Shown: positions 7,542 through 17,090 of the stretch, piece by piece
Position numbering within the stretch: position 1 is the first letter of the stretch
How the letters are laid out: the number at the start of each line of letters is the position of its first letter
NCBI GenBank assembly: GCA_964482915.1
Contig: CAYZYU010000001.1
Coordinates: 34,266 to 88,563, forward strand
Direction: 5' to 3'
Length of the DNA: 54,298 bases
From: Candidatus Woesearchaeota archaeon
Lineage (GTDB): Archaea; Nanobdellota; Nanobdellia; Pacearchaeales; GW2011-AR1
Notes under the pieces: model-generated
What the model saw: the letters and a program-made list of their open reading frames with translations, nothing else
Database searches by the model: none
What the model was told of the DNA's origin: nothing
Made by a program: the position numbers and the translations under genes

Positions 7542-9911
7542 ATGGGGTTATGCATGGGAGACTCAAAATTTGACTTTAAACATATTGAAAATAAATGGAG
7601 AGAATTCTGGGAAAAGGAAAATATCTTCCAGGCGGATTTATCTAAAAAAGAGATATATTCTGTAGACACAGATCCTCCAACAGTTTCAGGGGCAATGCAT
7701 ATTGGACATGCATTTCATTATTCTCAAGAAGACTTTATTGTGAGATTTCAGAGAATGTTTTTATCAAATAAAAATGGAAGTGTATTTTATCCATTTGGAA
7801 CAGATGATAATGGGCTTCCAACTGAGAGGTTGGTTGAGAAAAAAAATAATGTTAGAAGTAAAGACATGCCAAGAGAAGAGTTTATTAAACTATGCTTGAA
7901 AACTTTAAAGGAAATTTTGCCTAATTTTAGGAAAGATTGGAAAGATTTAGGTATTTCTTGTGATTATAATGTCTGTTATTCTACAATAGATGATAATTCC
8001 AGAAAATTATCTCAAAAATCTTTTTTGGATTTGTATAAGAAAAAAGAAATCTACAAAAAGGAGTTTCCTACTATCTGGTGTCCCGAATGTCAAACTTCTA
8101 TTGCTCAGGCAGAATTAGAAGATAAAGAAGAGAAGAGTCTTTTTTCTACTTTGAAATTTTCTTGTGGTAGAAAAGATTTACTTATAGCAACAACAAGACC
8201 AGAACTTTTAGGTGCATGTGTTGGGGTTTTTGTACATCCTGCAGATAAGAAATACAAAGCTTTTGTTGGAAAAAATGCTAAAGTTCCTTTATTCAATTAT
8301 GAAGTTCCAATAATAGCAGATACTTCTGCTGATCCTGATAAAGGGACAGGTGCTTTGATGGTTTGTTCTTATGGTGATAAATATGATGTTGATGCAATTA
8401 ACAGATATAAATTAATTCCAAAGATTATTTTTGATAAAACTGGAAGAGTAAATTTTGGAGAATATAAAGGATTAAAAGTTAAGGAAGCAAGAAAAAAGAT
8501 TCTTGAAGACTTAAAAAAAGGTAACTTAATAACAGAGCAGAAAGAGATTGTTCATACTGTTAATGTGCATGATAAGTGTGGGACTCCTATAGAATTTGCA
8601 ACAACAGAACAGTGGTTCATTAAAATACTTGACAAGAAAAGTAAATTTATTGAACAGGGAAATAAAGTTAAGTGGTATCCTGAATTTATGCATAAGAGGT
8701 ATGATAACTGGGTTAATGGATTAGAATGGGACTGGAATATTTCTAGAGAAAGACATTTTGGAGTACCTATCCCTGTTTGGGAATGTAAAAAATGTAAAGA
8801 GATAATCCTTGCTGATGAAAAAGAATTACCTGTTGATCCTCTTCAAATTAAAAAGAAGTGCCCTAAATGTAAATTAGAAGCTAAATCAGAGGAAAAGGTT
8901 TTAGATACCTGGGCAACATCTTCTCTCACACCCCAATTAGCAAGTTCACTTATTCAAAATAAGATTAAAATTCCTTATTCATTAAGACCCCAAGCACATG
9001 ACATAATAAGAACTTGGGCATTTTATACAATTGTTAAGAGTTATATGCATGAGAATGAACTTCCCTGGAAAAATATTGCTATTTCTGGAAATGTATCTCT
9101 TGCTGGAGAAAAAATGTCAAAGAGTAAGGGTAATGTTGTTGATCCTAAATTAGTTCTTGAGAATTATGGCGCAGACGCTCTTAGATTTTGGGCTGCTGGG
9201 AGTAAACTTGGTAGCGATTTAGATTATCTGGAGAAAGATTTAGTTGCAGGAATTAAAATGATAAATAAATTGATTAATGCTTCTAAGTTTGTTTTCATGA
9301 ATCTTAAAGATTATAATCCTAATAATAAACCTCATAAGCTGGAAAAAATGGATGAAATATTTTTGGAGAAACTTAATGTATTGGTGAAATATTGTACAGA
9401 GAGTTTTAAAGATTATGAATATTCCAAGGCCAAATTAGATACCGAGAAATTCTTTTGGAGTGATTTTTGTGATAATTATTTGGAGATTGTAAAAAAGAGA
9501 GTTTATCAGGGAGAAGGAAACCCAAAAATCTCTGCACAATACACCCTTTATCATTCTCTTTTAACAATTATTAAGTTAATTGCACCTATAATGCCTTTTA
9601 TTACAGAAGAGATTTATCAGGAATATTTCAAGAAAAATGAGAAAATAAAATCTATACATATAAGTTCTTGGCCTGAATATGAAGAAAAAGAAAATAAAAC
9701 TCATCTGAAGATTTTAGATAAAATGTATGAAATCCTTTCTCAAGTAAGGCAGGAAAAGTCCAAGAATAAAAAAGCAATGAATGCAGAAATTGTTTTAACT
9801 TTACCTAAATCTGATTATGAAGAAATAAAAACTGTTTTGGAAGACTTGAAAAATGTAGTTAATGCTAAGGCAATTAGAGAGGGAAAGCAGTTTGAAGTAG
9901 AATTTTTATAA
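7542..9911 (+). CDS. valS: valyl-tRNA synthetase
   Basis: HIGH-type MHIGHAF, KMSKS-type KMSKSKGNVVDP, TTRPELLGACVGVFVHP, GTGALMVCSYGD, YGADALRFW. Start is either 7542 or 7554. Confidence 0.85.
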   Translation: MGLCMGDSKFDFKHIENKWREFWEKENIFQADLSKKEIYSVDTDPPTVSGAMHIGHAFHYSQEDFIVRFQRMFLSNKNGSVFYPFGTDDNGLPTERLVEKKNNVRSKDMPREEFIKLCLKTLKEILPNFRKDWKDLGISCDYNVCYSTIDDNSRKLSQKSFLDLYKKKEIYKKEFPTIWCPECQTSIAQAELEDKEEKSLFSTLKFSCGRKDLLIATTRPELLGACVGVFVHPADKKYKAFVGKNAKVPLFNYEVPIIADTSADPDKGTGALMVCSYGDKYDVDAINRYKLIPKIIFDKTGRVNFGEYKGLKVKEARKKILEDLKKGNLITEQKEIVHTVNVHDKCGTPIEFATTEQWFIKILDKKSKFIEQGNKVKWYPEFMHKRYDNWVNGLEWDWNISRERHFGVPIPVWECKKCKEIILADEKELPVDPLQIKKKCPKCKLEAKSEEKVLDTWATSSLTPQLASSLIQNKIKIPYSLRPQAHDIIRTWAFYTIVKSYMHENELPWKNIAISGNVSLAGEKMSKSKGNVVDPKLVLENYGADALRFWAAGSKLGSDLDYLEKDLVAGIKMINKLINASKFVFMNLKDYNPNNKPHKLEKMDEIFLEKLNVLVKYCTESFKDYEYSKAKLDTEKFFWSDFCDNYLEIVKKRVYQGEGNPKISAQYTLYHSLLTIIKLIAPIMPFITEEIYQEYFKKNEKIKSIHISSWPEYEEKENKTHLKILDKMYEILSQVRQEKSKNKKAMNAEIVLTLPKSDYEEIKTVLEDLKNVVNAKAIREGKQFEVEFL

Positions 9912-9961
9912 TTACTAAATTGAATATAAATTCTTAAAAATAGTTTATTTTTAACTTTCTT

Positions 9962-10372
9962 ATGGAAGGAAGAAGAACTAATTTTTTTTATTTAAAGGAA
10001 AGTTTTGTTGAAGATTATAGAAATAAAGTTTTGAGATACTTAAGAGAAAATGAATATATCTTTAATGAAATGGAAGATCCTAGAGTTGTTGTTGAATTAC
10101 ATAATTTTAACAGAAAAGAGCATCCCCACCCAAACGGACATCTTTATATTCATGAATTAGAAGAAGGTTCTGATAAATTTGAGGAAATTCTAAAATATGT
10201 TTTATCCAAAGACAGGGCATTTATCCCTGTTTCTGTTATATGCGAACCAAGAACTGATTACGGTCTAATCAAAAAGATACTTAAGGAGAATTATGGTAAA
10301 AGGGGTAGATTAACTAATGGATTACTTGGATTGGGAGGGGTATTTAATGTTAAGACAATTAAGCGGAAATAG
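9962..10372 (+). CDS. hypothetical protein
   Basis: 136-aa ORF with no recognisable motif. Confidence 0.6.
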   Translation: MEGRRTNFFYLKESFVEDYRNKVLRYLRENEYIFNEMEDPRVVVELHNFNRKEHPHPNGHLYIHELEEGSDKFEEILKYVLSKDRAFIPVSVICEPRTDYGLIKKILKENYGKRGRLTNGLLGLGGVFNVKTIKRK

Positions 10373-10423
10373 AATTTCTTTTAATTAACCAAATTTTATA
10401 AACCCCCTTCGTTTTCTTTAAAT

Positions 10424-11512
10424 ATGGCTAAGATAAGCAAAATAGAACTTGAAACTCTTTTGGAAGAGCTGGAAAAACACAAAGGAAGACACACGGAATT
10501 GATTACAGTGTATATTTCAGCAGGATATGATATTGTTTCAGTACAGAAACAGCTGGAAGCTGAAAAATCTACTGCAAAGAATATAAAATCAACTGCTACT
10601 AGGAAGAATGTAGTAGATGCTCTTGATAAAATTGTTAGGTATTTGAAAGATTTTAAGGGAAGTGCTGAAAATGGGCTTGCTATATTTTGTGGTAATGTTT
10701 CAAAAGTAGAGGGGATGGACGATTTGCAATTATGGGGTTTTGAACCTCCATTGCCTTTAAAGACCCGATTATATAGATGTGATAAAGATTTTGTATTGGA
10801 TCCATTAAGAGAACTTTTAGAAGTTTCTGAAATATTTGCATTGCTTGTGATGGATAGAAAAGAAGCAGCAATAGGTGTTCTTGAAGGAAAGAGAATTGAA
10901 GTTTTGCAGAAGATGACTTCAGGTGTACCAAGCAAAGTGCGTGCTGGGGGTCAAAGTTCCCAAAGATTTCATAGAATTACAGAAGGATTGACAAAAGAAT
11001 TTTACAAAAGAATCGCTGATGAAATGAAGAATTTGTTTTATGAGAATAAAAAATTGAAAGGAATTCTAATAGGAGGCCCAATACCTACAAAAGATGAATT
11101 CATTGATGATGAGTATCTTCCAACTCTTTTGAGAAATAAAATTATAGGAAGGATTGATATTGGTGGGAGTGATGAGGCGGGACTTAAGGAGCTTGTTGAA
11201 AAATCACAAGATATCCTTGCAAATCAAGAAATTGTTTATGAGAAAAAACTAATGGAGAAATTTTTTGATATGTTAGGGGCGAAACCAGATTTTATAGCAT
11301 ATAAAGAAGAGGCTGTGAAAAAGGCATTGGAATATGGTGCAGTAGATACTTTGCTTTTATCTAAAGATTATGATAAGGAATCAATGAAAGAACTTAAGAA
11401 GATTGCAGATGAGGGTGGAACTAAAATCGAAATGGTCTCAACAGATACAGAAGAGGGGAAGCAATTCTATAATCTATCTGGTGTTGGAGCTATTTTGAGA
11501 TATAAACTTTAA
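10424..11512 (+). CDS. prf1: peptide chain release factor aRF1
   Basis: NIKS motif (AKNIKSTATRKN) and GGQ motif (RAGGQSSQRF). 362 aa, rather short for aRF1. Confidence 0.9.
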   Translation: MAKISKIELETLLEELEKHKGRHTELITVYISAGYDIVSVQKQLEAEKSTAKNIKSTATRKNVVDALDKIVRYLKDFKGSAENGLAIFCGNVSKVEGMDDLQLWGFEPPLPLKTRLYRCDKDFVLDPLRELLEVSEIFALLVMDRKEAAIGVLEGKRIEVLQKMTSGVPSKVRAGGQSSQRFHRITEGLTKEFYKRIADEMKNLFYENKKLKGILIGGPIPTKDEFIDDEYLPTLLRNKIIGRIDIGGSDEAGLKELVEKSQDILANQEIVYEKKLMEKFFDMLGAKPDFIAYKEEAVKKALEYGAVDTLLLSKDYDKESMKELKKIADEGGTKIEMVSTDTEEGKQFYNLSGVGAILRYKL

Positions 11513-12036
11513 AAAATTCTCACTATTCTATTAGAAATTATCCCTGTATCTTTACAATGATAAACTTTATGAGTTAATGCAGAGAACTCTGTTTTTAATT
11601 TTAAACTGTTCTCTTTAATTAACTGCTTATTTTCATGGGATATTTTTAGCTGCGGGGGTTTAAATGTTTCGGGTTTGTATCCGAAACATTTCTCAAATTC
11701 AGAAATCCCATAATTTAATTTCTCTTGCGAGATATCTTCATATAAGAATTCTCTGTAAGTATGTTTTACCCCGTGTAATCCTAACTGTTTGTTTAATGCG
11801 AGTATATAACTGCACCATTCTGAATAATATGAAAGAGGATGATTCTCATAATTAGGTATTATATATAATACATCTGGATGGTATTGTTGAATTTCAGGAC
11901 ATGGAATACCTGGTGAAACATCATCAATTTCAGTTGGATTTATCAACCTTGTTATAAATAAGATTGTTGCTATAATTAAAATAATTAATAAAAAGATTAA
12001 GATACCTGAGAATATTTTTTTTAACCTCTTTTTCAT
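11509..12036 (-). CDS. membrane-anchored protein, possibly DUF2334/polysaccharide-deacetylase-like
   Basis: N-terminal TM helix. GLHGVKHTYREF resembles the HGxxH region of that family. The functional call is weak. Confidence 0.55.
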   Translation of the reverse strand: MKKRLKKIFSGILIFLLIILIIATILFITRLINPTEIDDVSPGIPCPEIQQYHPDVLYIIPNYENHPLSYYSEWCSYILALNKQLGLHGVKHTYREFLYEDISQEKLNYGISEFEKCFGYKPETFKPPQLKISHENKQLIKENSLKLKTEFSALTHKVYHCKDTGIISNRIVRIF

Positions 12037-12107
12037 ATATTTTAGATTATTTTTATTATTAAATAATTATTGATAATGCTTTTAAAGAGGATTTGTTTTT
12101 ATCCTTT

Positions 12108-13034
12108 ATGCCCGCAGCAGGTAGCAAGACAATAAAAGAGATTGATGAAGCTAAAGAGAAAGACGATTTAAAGACACTTGAGGCAGTATTTTTTATCTCT
12201 GGAAGATTTTTGAGCATGCAGGAATTAATCTCCTTAAGTGACTTAAACCCTATCATAATTGGAGATTTAATTGAAAGACTTAAGGATAAATACAACAAAG
12301 AAGATTCTGCAATTGAGATTATTGAAAAAGGGGGAATGTGGAAGATGGATGTGAGACAGGAATACTCTCATATAATAAATAAATTAGCAACAGGAAGCTC
12401 TGAGTTTACAAAGGCAGAACAGGAGACATTGGCCATAATTGCATATAAACATCCAATAAAACAATCAGTTATAATAAAGATTAGAGGAAATAAAGCATAT
12501 GATCATATAAAGAAATTTGTGGATTTAGGGCTGATTAAAAGAAAGAAAATTGGGCACACCCATGAATTAAGTTTAAGTGAGGACTTTTATGATTATTTTA
12601 GTATATCGGAGAGTGAAAGGAAAAGTGACTCTGGATTAAATAAAGAGATTGATAGAGAAATTGAAGAAGCTGAGAAAGAAGTTGAAGAAGAAGAGGCAGA
12701 AGGTAGATTTGAAGATGTAGCAGAAGATATTGTAAAAGAAGAGACAGAAGAAAAATTAGAAGATGAAGAAGATGCAATAAAAGAAGATAGAGGCGCTGTA
12801 GATAAAAGGGAAAAATTTAGTTCTAGAGAAATTAATGAAGAAAATGAAAATGGAGAGGAAGAAGATAAAGAAGAATATACTAAAGGAGTTTTAAGTAAAG
12901 GATATAATCATTCTGATGATGAACAAGAAGAGAATAATGATGAAGAGAAGGAGAATCTAGAAGAGGAAGATGCTATAAATGAGCTTAGAGAAATAGCAGA
13001 ACCTGGAAATAGAAAAAAGAAGTCAGGAAAATAG
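12108..13034 (+). CDS. scpB: segregation and condensation protein B-like with long acidic tail
   Basis: LEAVFFISGRFLSMQELISL and a second winged-helix region (TKAEQETLAIIAYKHPIKQSVI). First ATG is at 12108 (the track used TTG 12093). The C-terminal ~130 aa are E/D/K-rich. Confidence 0.7.
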   Translation: MPAAGSKTIKEIDEAKEKDDLKTLEAVFFISGRFLSMQELISLSDLNPIIIGDLIERLKDKYNKEDSAIEIIEKGGMWKMDVRQEYSHIINKLATGSSEFTKAEQETLAIIAYKHPIKQSVIIKIRGNKAYDHIKKFVDLGLIKRKKIGHTHELSLSEDFYDYFSISESERKSDSGLNKEIDREIEEAEKEVEEEEAEGRFEDVAEDIVKEETEEKLEDEEDAIKEDRGAVDKREKFSSREINEENENGEEEDKEEYTKGVLSKGYNHSDDEQEENNDEEKENLEEEDAINELREIAEPGNRKKKSGK

Positions 13035-13082
13035 AGGTAAATCACAATAATTCTTAAAAGAGTAAATTATATTCATAAACCC

Positions 13083-14312
13083 ATGGAAACAATAACAGTT
13101 ATATATCTTTTTTATATGTTTTTAGCATTTTACTTTTTATTTTTGTTTATCTTAATTTACATTCAGAATAAGAAATACTTTTTTTATTATCCTAAACCTA
13201 AAAAAGATTATTCTTTAAGCATAGTAATTCCATGTTATAATGAAGGAAGCACTATTGAAGCAACAGTAAAATCTGTTCTAGATTCTGGATATAAGAACTT
13301 AAAGAAAGTTATAGTTGTTGATGATTGTTCTAAAGATAATTCTTATGAAATAATAAAATCTCTGGAGAGAAAATACCCTAAAGTAATGGCAGTACAGACT
13401 CCTAAAAACACTGGATGTGCAGCTGGCTCAAAGAATTATGGTGCTAAGTTTGTAGATACAGAATTAATAGGATTTAGTGATGGGGATTCTTTCATTGAAA
13501 AAGGAGCTATAGATAAAGTAGTAGGTTTTTTTAATGATGAGAAAATTGGAAGTGTTACATGTTCTGTGCTTGTTGAGAACAGAGATAAATTTATAGAAAG
13601 AGTTCAATCTGCAGAATATAAAGTAATAAAATTCTCAAGGAAACTCCTTGAATTTATTGATTCAATATATGTAACTCCTGGTCCACTTGGTGTATTTAGA
13701 AAGAGTGCGTTTGACAAAATTGGGGGATTTGATGAAAAGAACCTTACAGAAGATATTGAGATAACTTGGCATCTTCAAGCAGAGGGTTACAAGGTTAAAA
13801 TGTCTGTTCCTGCAAGAGCGTATACTATTGCTCCTTCTAACGCTAAAGATTGGATTAAACAGAGAAACAGATGGAATGTTGGAGGTATACAGACAATTTT
13901 TAAATATGGTAGAGATTGGTTTAGAAAGGGAATGCTTGGAAATTTTATACTTCCTTTTTTTGCACTTTCTTGGGTAATTGGTCTTTTTGGATTAGGAGTG
14001 CTTGTTTATAGACTTTTAAGAACACTAATTCTTAGAATATTTTCAACAACTTATTCTATTCAGACACAAACAGCAATTATTAGATTTGAAGATATTAGTT
14101 TAATGCCTAATGTTCTTATTTTCTTTGGATTAGTAATCTTCTTTTTGAGTTTATGGTTTACTTTAATAGCCTTGTTCAATATGAAAGAAGAGAATCATAA
14201 GAAAGAAAATTTCTTTGTAATAGGTTTTTATATGATTTTCTATGTGATGATATATCCGATAATTTTAATAAGTTCAATCTATAAATTTTTCAAGGGATCT
14301 AGAAAATGGTAG
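13083..14312 (+). CDS. processive family-2 glycosyltransferase (NodC/IcaA/chitin- or cellulose-synthase-like), integral membrane
   Basis: SIVIPCYNEG, DDCSKD, DGDS, TEDIEITW and QRNRW (D,D,D,QxxRW signature), with N- and C-terminal TM helices. Confidence 0.85.
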   Translation: METITVIYLFYMFLAFYFLFLFILIYIQNKKYFFYYPKPKKDYSLSIVIPCYNEGSTIEATVKSVLDSGYKNLKKVIVVDDCSKDNSYEIIKSLERKYPKVMAVQTPKNTGCAAGSKNYGAKFVDTELIGFSDGDSFIEKGAIDKVVGFFNDEKIGSVTCSVLVENRDKFIERVQSAEYKVIKFSRKLLEFIDSIYVTPGPLGVFRKSAFDKIGGFDEKNLTEDIEITWHLQAEGYKVKMSVPARAYTIAPSNAKDWIKQRNRWNVGGIQTIFKYGRDWFRKGMLGNFILPFFALSWVIGLFGLGVLVYRLLRTLILRIFSTTYSIQTQTAIIRFEDISLMPNVLIFFGLVIFFLSLWFTLIALFNMKEENHKKENFFVIGFYMIFYVMIYPIILISSIYKFFKGSRKW

Positions 14313-14968
14313 AGATACTAAATAACAAGAAAAGAGTATTTTGGGAAGCTTTATTCTTAACTGTGGTTGTATTTCTTTTTGGAATTTTAATTGGTATTGC
14401 ATATGAATCTTCTAAATCTTCTGATATGAATGAATATTATACTAGATCTGAAATTTCATTAATGGATGTCTTTGCATTAAATTCTTTGACAAATTCAAAC
14501 TCAGAAGACTGTTCTACATTAACAGATGCAAACCTAAAATTTGCAGATAAAATCTATAAAGAGGCAATAATCTTAGGGAAATATGAATCTACGGGTAAAG
14601 TAACTAAAGAAATGGAGATTGTACATGAAAGATATGATGTATTAAGAACTTTCTTGTGGATAAATACTATAAAAACTTCTGAAAAATGTGAAAGAAATTA
14701 TTCTACAGTGGTCTATCTTTATGAATATTTTTCTAAAGATTTGGCTCAAAAGGCAAAACAGAATGTTTGGTCAAAGATACTTTCTGATTTAAAAGAAAAA
14801 GAAGGAAAAGATATTCTTTTAATACCTATTGCAGCAGATAGTAATTTAACTTCCTTAGATACACTTACTTCTAAGTTTAATATAACTGAATACCCTGTGG
14901 TAATTATTAATGAAAAGTACGTCATTAAAGAATTAAGTTCTGTTAGTGATCTTGAAAATTATCTATAA
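14306..14968 (+). CDS. membrane-anchored hypothetical protein, coupled to the GT2 gene
   Basis: ATG overlaps the GT2 stop by 7 nt. One N-terminal TM helix followed by an extracytoplasmic domain. Confidence 0.65.
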   Translation: MVEILNNKKRVFWEALFLTVVVFLFGILIGIAYESSKSSDMNEYYTRSEISLMDVFALNSLTNSNSEDCSTLTDANLKFADKIYKEAIILGKYESTGKVTKEMEIVHERYDVLRTFLWINTIKTSEKCERNYSTVVYLYEYFSKDLAQKAKQNVWSKILSDLKEKEGKDILLIPIAADSNLTSLDTLTSKFNITEYPVVIINEKYVIKELSSVSDLENYL

Positions 14969-15056
14969 ATTAACTTAAATTTTGTAATTATGTAGTAACT
15001 TTTTATTATTTTTTTATAATACAAATATTAAAAAAGGGGACATAACTAAATTTTTT

Positions 15057-15896
15057 ATGGCAGAATGTTATAAATGCGGTGTTTCTGATGAAAGAGAAAG
15101 GTTATTCGACGCTATCTCTAATAAAGGACTTGTTAAAATATGTAAACATTGTTCTGGTGATGAAGACTTGCCTCTTATACAGCCGGTTGACCTAAACAAG
15201 CCAGAAAAGACTAAAAGTGTTTATGAAAGGCTGTCTGCAATGGCTAATCTTGATCCTGAAAAACATAAAAAGGTGCTTGCAGAGAAAGCTCAAGAGGATT
15301 CTTTAAAGAGATATAGACAGAATAGAGAGAAAATAAGGCAGGATACCAGTTTAAAAAGTGTAATTGATAGTCGTTTTGAAAAAAATAAGCCTCAACCAAG
15401 GACAGATTTAGTCCCTAACTTCCATTGGGTCATTATGAGGGCTAGAAGGTCCAAAAAACTTACTCAAAAGCAGTTAGCAGAGAATATTGGGGAGCCAGAA
15501 AATTTAATAGTGAGTGCTGAGAGTGGGACCATCTTTGCTAATGCAGAGAGTCTTGTGAGAAAACTTGAAAATTATTTGGGTATTAAGTTAAGAAAAGGGG
15601 AAAGTGAATATTCAAGTACATCCGGACAATCTAAATTTGTAAAACCAGGAATAGCTGAAGATCCCGAAAGAAGGGAAATAAGGGAGAAATTTGAAAAAGA
15701 AGGTAAATTCGACTCTAAAACAACAGAAAATTTGACTATTGGCGATTTAAAAGAAATAGATAAGAAAAAAGAATCTGAGGGTTCTAAAGGTTTCTTTTCT
15801 TTTTTTAAGAGAAAGAAAAAATCAGAAGTAGAAAATACTAAGGATGAAGAAGAATTATCTGAAGAAGAGACAAACGAAATATTATATGGTAAGTAA
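15057..15896 (+). CDS. zinc-ribbon plus HTH (XRE/cro-C1) protein, MBF1-like
   Basis: N-terminal CYKCG...CKHCSG, central HTH (KKLTQKQLAENIGEPENLIVSAESG), K/E-rich tail. Longer than typical aMBF1. Confidence 0.6.
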   Translation: MAECYKCGVSDERERLFDAISNKGLVKICKHCSGDEDLPLIQPVDLNKPEKTKSVYERLSAMANLDPEKHKKVLAEKAQEDSLKRYRQNREKIRQDTSLKSVIDSRFEKNKPQPRTDLVPNFHWVIMRARRSKKLTQKQLAENIGEPENLIVSAESGTIFANAESLVRKLENYLGIKLRKGESEYSSTSGQSKFVKPGIAEDPERREIREKFEKEGKFDSKTTENLTIGDLKEIDKKKESEGSKGFFSFFKRKKKSEVENTKDEEELSEEETNEILYGK

Positions 15897-15941
15897 AAAG
15901 TCAAGCGAAGCCTTTTTAAACTAATTTTATTCTAAAATATC

Positions 15942-16205
15942 ATGGAAATGAATATTCTTAAGGATTCAAAGGAAGAGATTGAAGTTGAACTTGGAAGCTT
16001 AACTTTAGTTGAAATATTAAGAGCTTATCTTAACAAAGATAGTTCAGTTACCTTTGCTGCTTGGAAGAGAGAGCATCCTACTAAAAAGCCTATATTAGCT
16101 GTTAAAACAAAAGGTAAGACCCCTAAAAAAGCTATAAACGATGCTATTACAGCTATAACTAAAGATTTAGAAAATATAGAAGCGGATTTCAAGAAATTAA
16201 AGTAA
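15942..16205 (+). CDS. rpoL: DNA-directed RNA polymerase subunit L (Rpb11-like)
   Basis: 87 aa. LTLVEILRAYLNKDSSVTFAAWKREHPTKKPILAVKT matches the RpoL pattern. Confidence 0.8.
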   Translation: MEMNILKDSKEEIEVELGSLTLVEILRAYLNKDSSVTFAAWKREHPTKKPILAVKTKGKTPKKAINDAITAITKDLENIEADFKKLK

Positions 16206-16271
16206 ATTCTTTATTTTGAATAATAATACTTATTAATTAGTTTGCGGGCTTATTTCTATGGATAATCTAAA

Positions 16272-17006
16272 ATGAAAACAGAGAAGATTTCAACAGGAAG
16301 TTATGATCTGAATACTTGGCTTTATGGAGGATATGAAAGAGATATTATTACTATGATTGCAGGTCCTCCTGGTTGTGGTAAAACTAATTTTGTCATTTTA
16401 GCTTCATGTAGTCAGGCTAAAAAAGGTAAAAAAGTCATTTTTATAGACACAGAAGGAGGATTTAGTGTTGAGAGAGTAAATCAGATTGTAGGTAAAGAAA
16501 ACAGTGAAGGAGTTTTAAAGAATATCTTTTTATTAAAACCAACTAATTTTGAAGAACAAAAAAAAGATTTTTCTAAATTATTAAATTTTGTAAAAAAAGA
16601 GGATATTGGTCTTATTGTAATTGATGGTATGGCAATGCTCTATAGATTAGAACTTGGAGAAGCCCATAATTTAAAAGATGAGGAAAAAATAAGAGAAGTA
16701 AATAGAGAAATGGCAAAACAGATGAAGATAATGGCAGAGATATCAAGGAAGCAAAATATTCCCATCTTAATAACAAACCAGGTTTACCTGGAATTTATAC
16801 CCGAAGAAGAGTTTAAGAAAGGAGTTGAAAGGAATACTAATATTGTGGGGGGAGATTTATTCAAATATTGGAGTAAATGTATAATTGAATTGAAGAATGA
16901 TAATGGAAAAAGGAAAGCAATACTGCTTAAACACAGAAATTTACCTCAAAAAGAGATGGGTTTCTTGATTAAGAATGAAGGTATTTTTAAGAAAGGATGG
17001 ATATGA
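16272..17006 (+). CDS. radB: DNA repair and recombination protein RadB
   Basis: ISTGSYDLNTWLYGGYERDIITMIAGPPGCGKTNF (Walker A), Walker B LIVIDGM; RadB-sized RecA-superfamily protein. Confidence 0.8.
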   Translation: MKTEKISTGSYDLNTWLYGGYERDIITMIAGPPGCGKTNFVILASCSQAKKGKKVIFIDTEGGFSVERVNQIVGKENSEGVLKNIFLLKPTNFEEQKKDFSKLLNFVKKEDIGLIVIDGMAMLYRLELGEAHNLKDEEKIREVNREMAKQMKIMAEISRKQNIPILITNQVYLEFIPEEEFKKGVERNTNIVGGDLFKYWSKCIIELKNDNGKRKAILLKHRNLPQKEMGFLIKNEGIFKKGWI

Positions 17007-17090
17007 AAAGATTACATCTTTAAAAAGGAAGATGTTGTAATTCTTCAAGTAGTTACAAACCCATTTAAAGCAATTATATTTTATTGCAAA

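Noticed and set aside
10396-10935. Long antisense ORFs inside conserved genes. This 179-aa ORF is opposite aRF1. Others include 4587-4997 opposite metG, 5782-6222 opposite minD, 18654-19091 opposite topA, 37685-38098 opposite the HerA-like gene and 42386-42709 opposite rfcL.
   Set aside because: Each is fully embedded antisense in a gene with strong family motifs and has a low-complexity Ser/Phe/Leu/Ile-rich composition typical of the reverse frame of AT-rich coding DNA.
12640-13034. GAA/GAT-rich low-complexity DNA that looks repeat-like.
   Set aside because: It encodes the acidic E/D/K tail of the ScpB-like protein in frame. There is no defined repeat unit or periodicity beyond codon bias.
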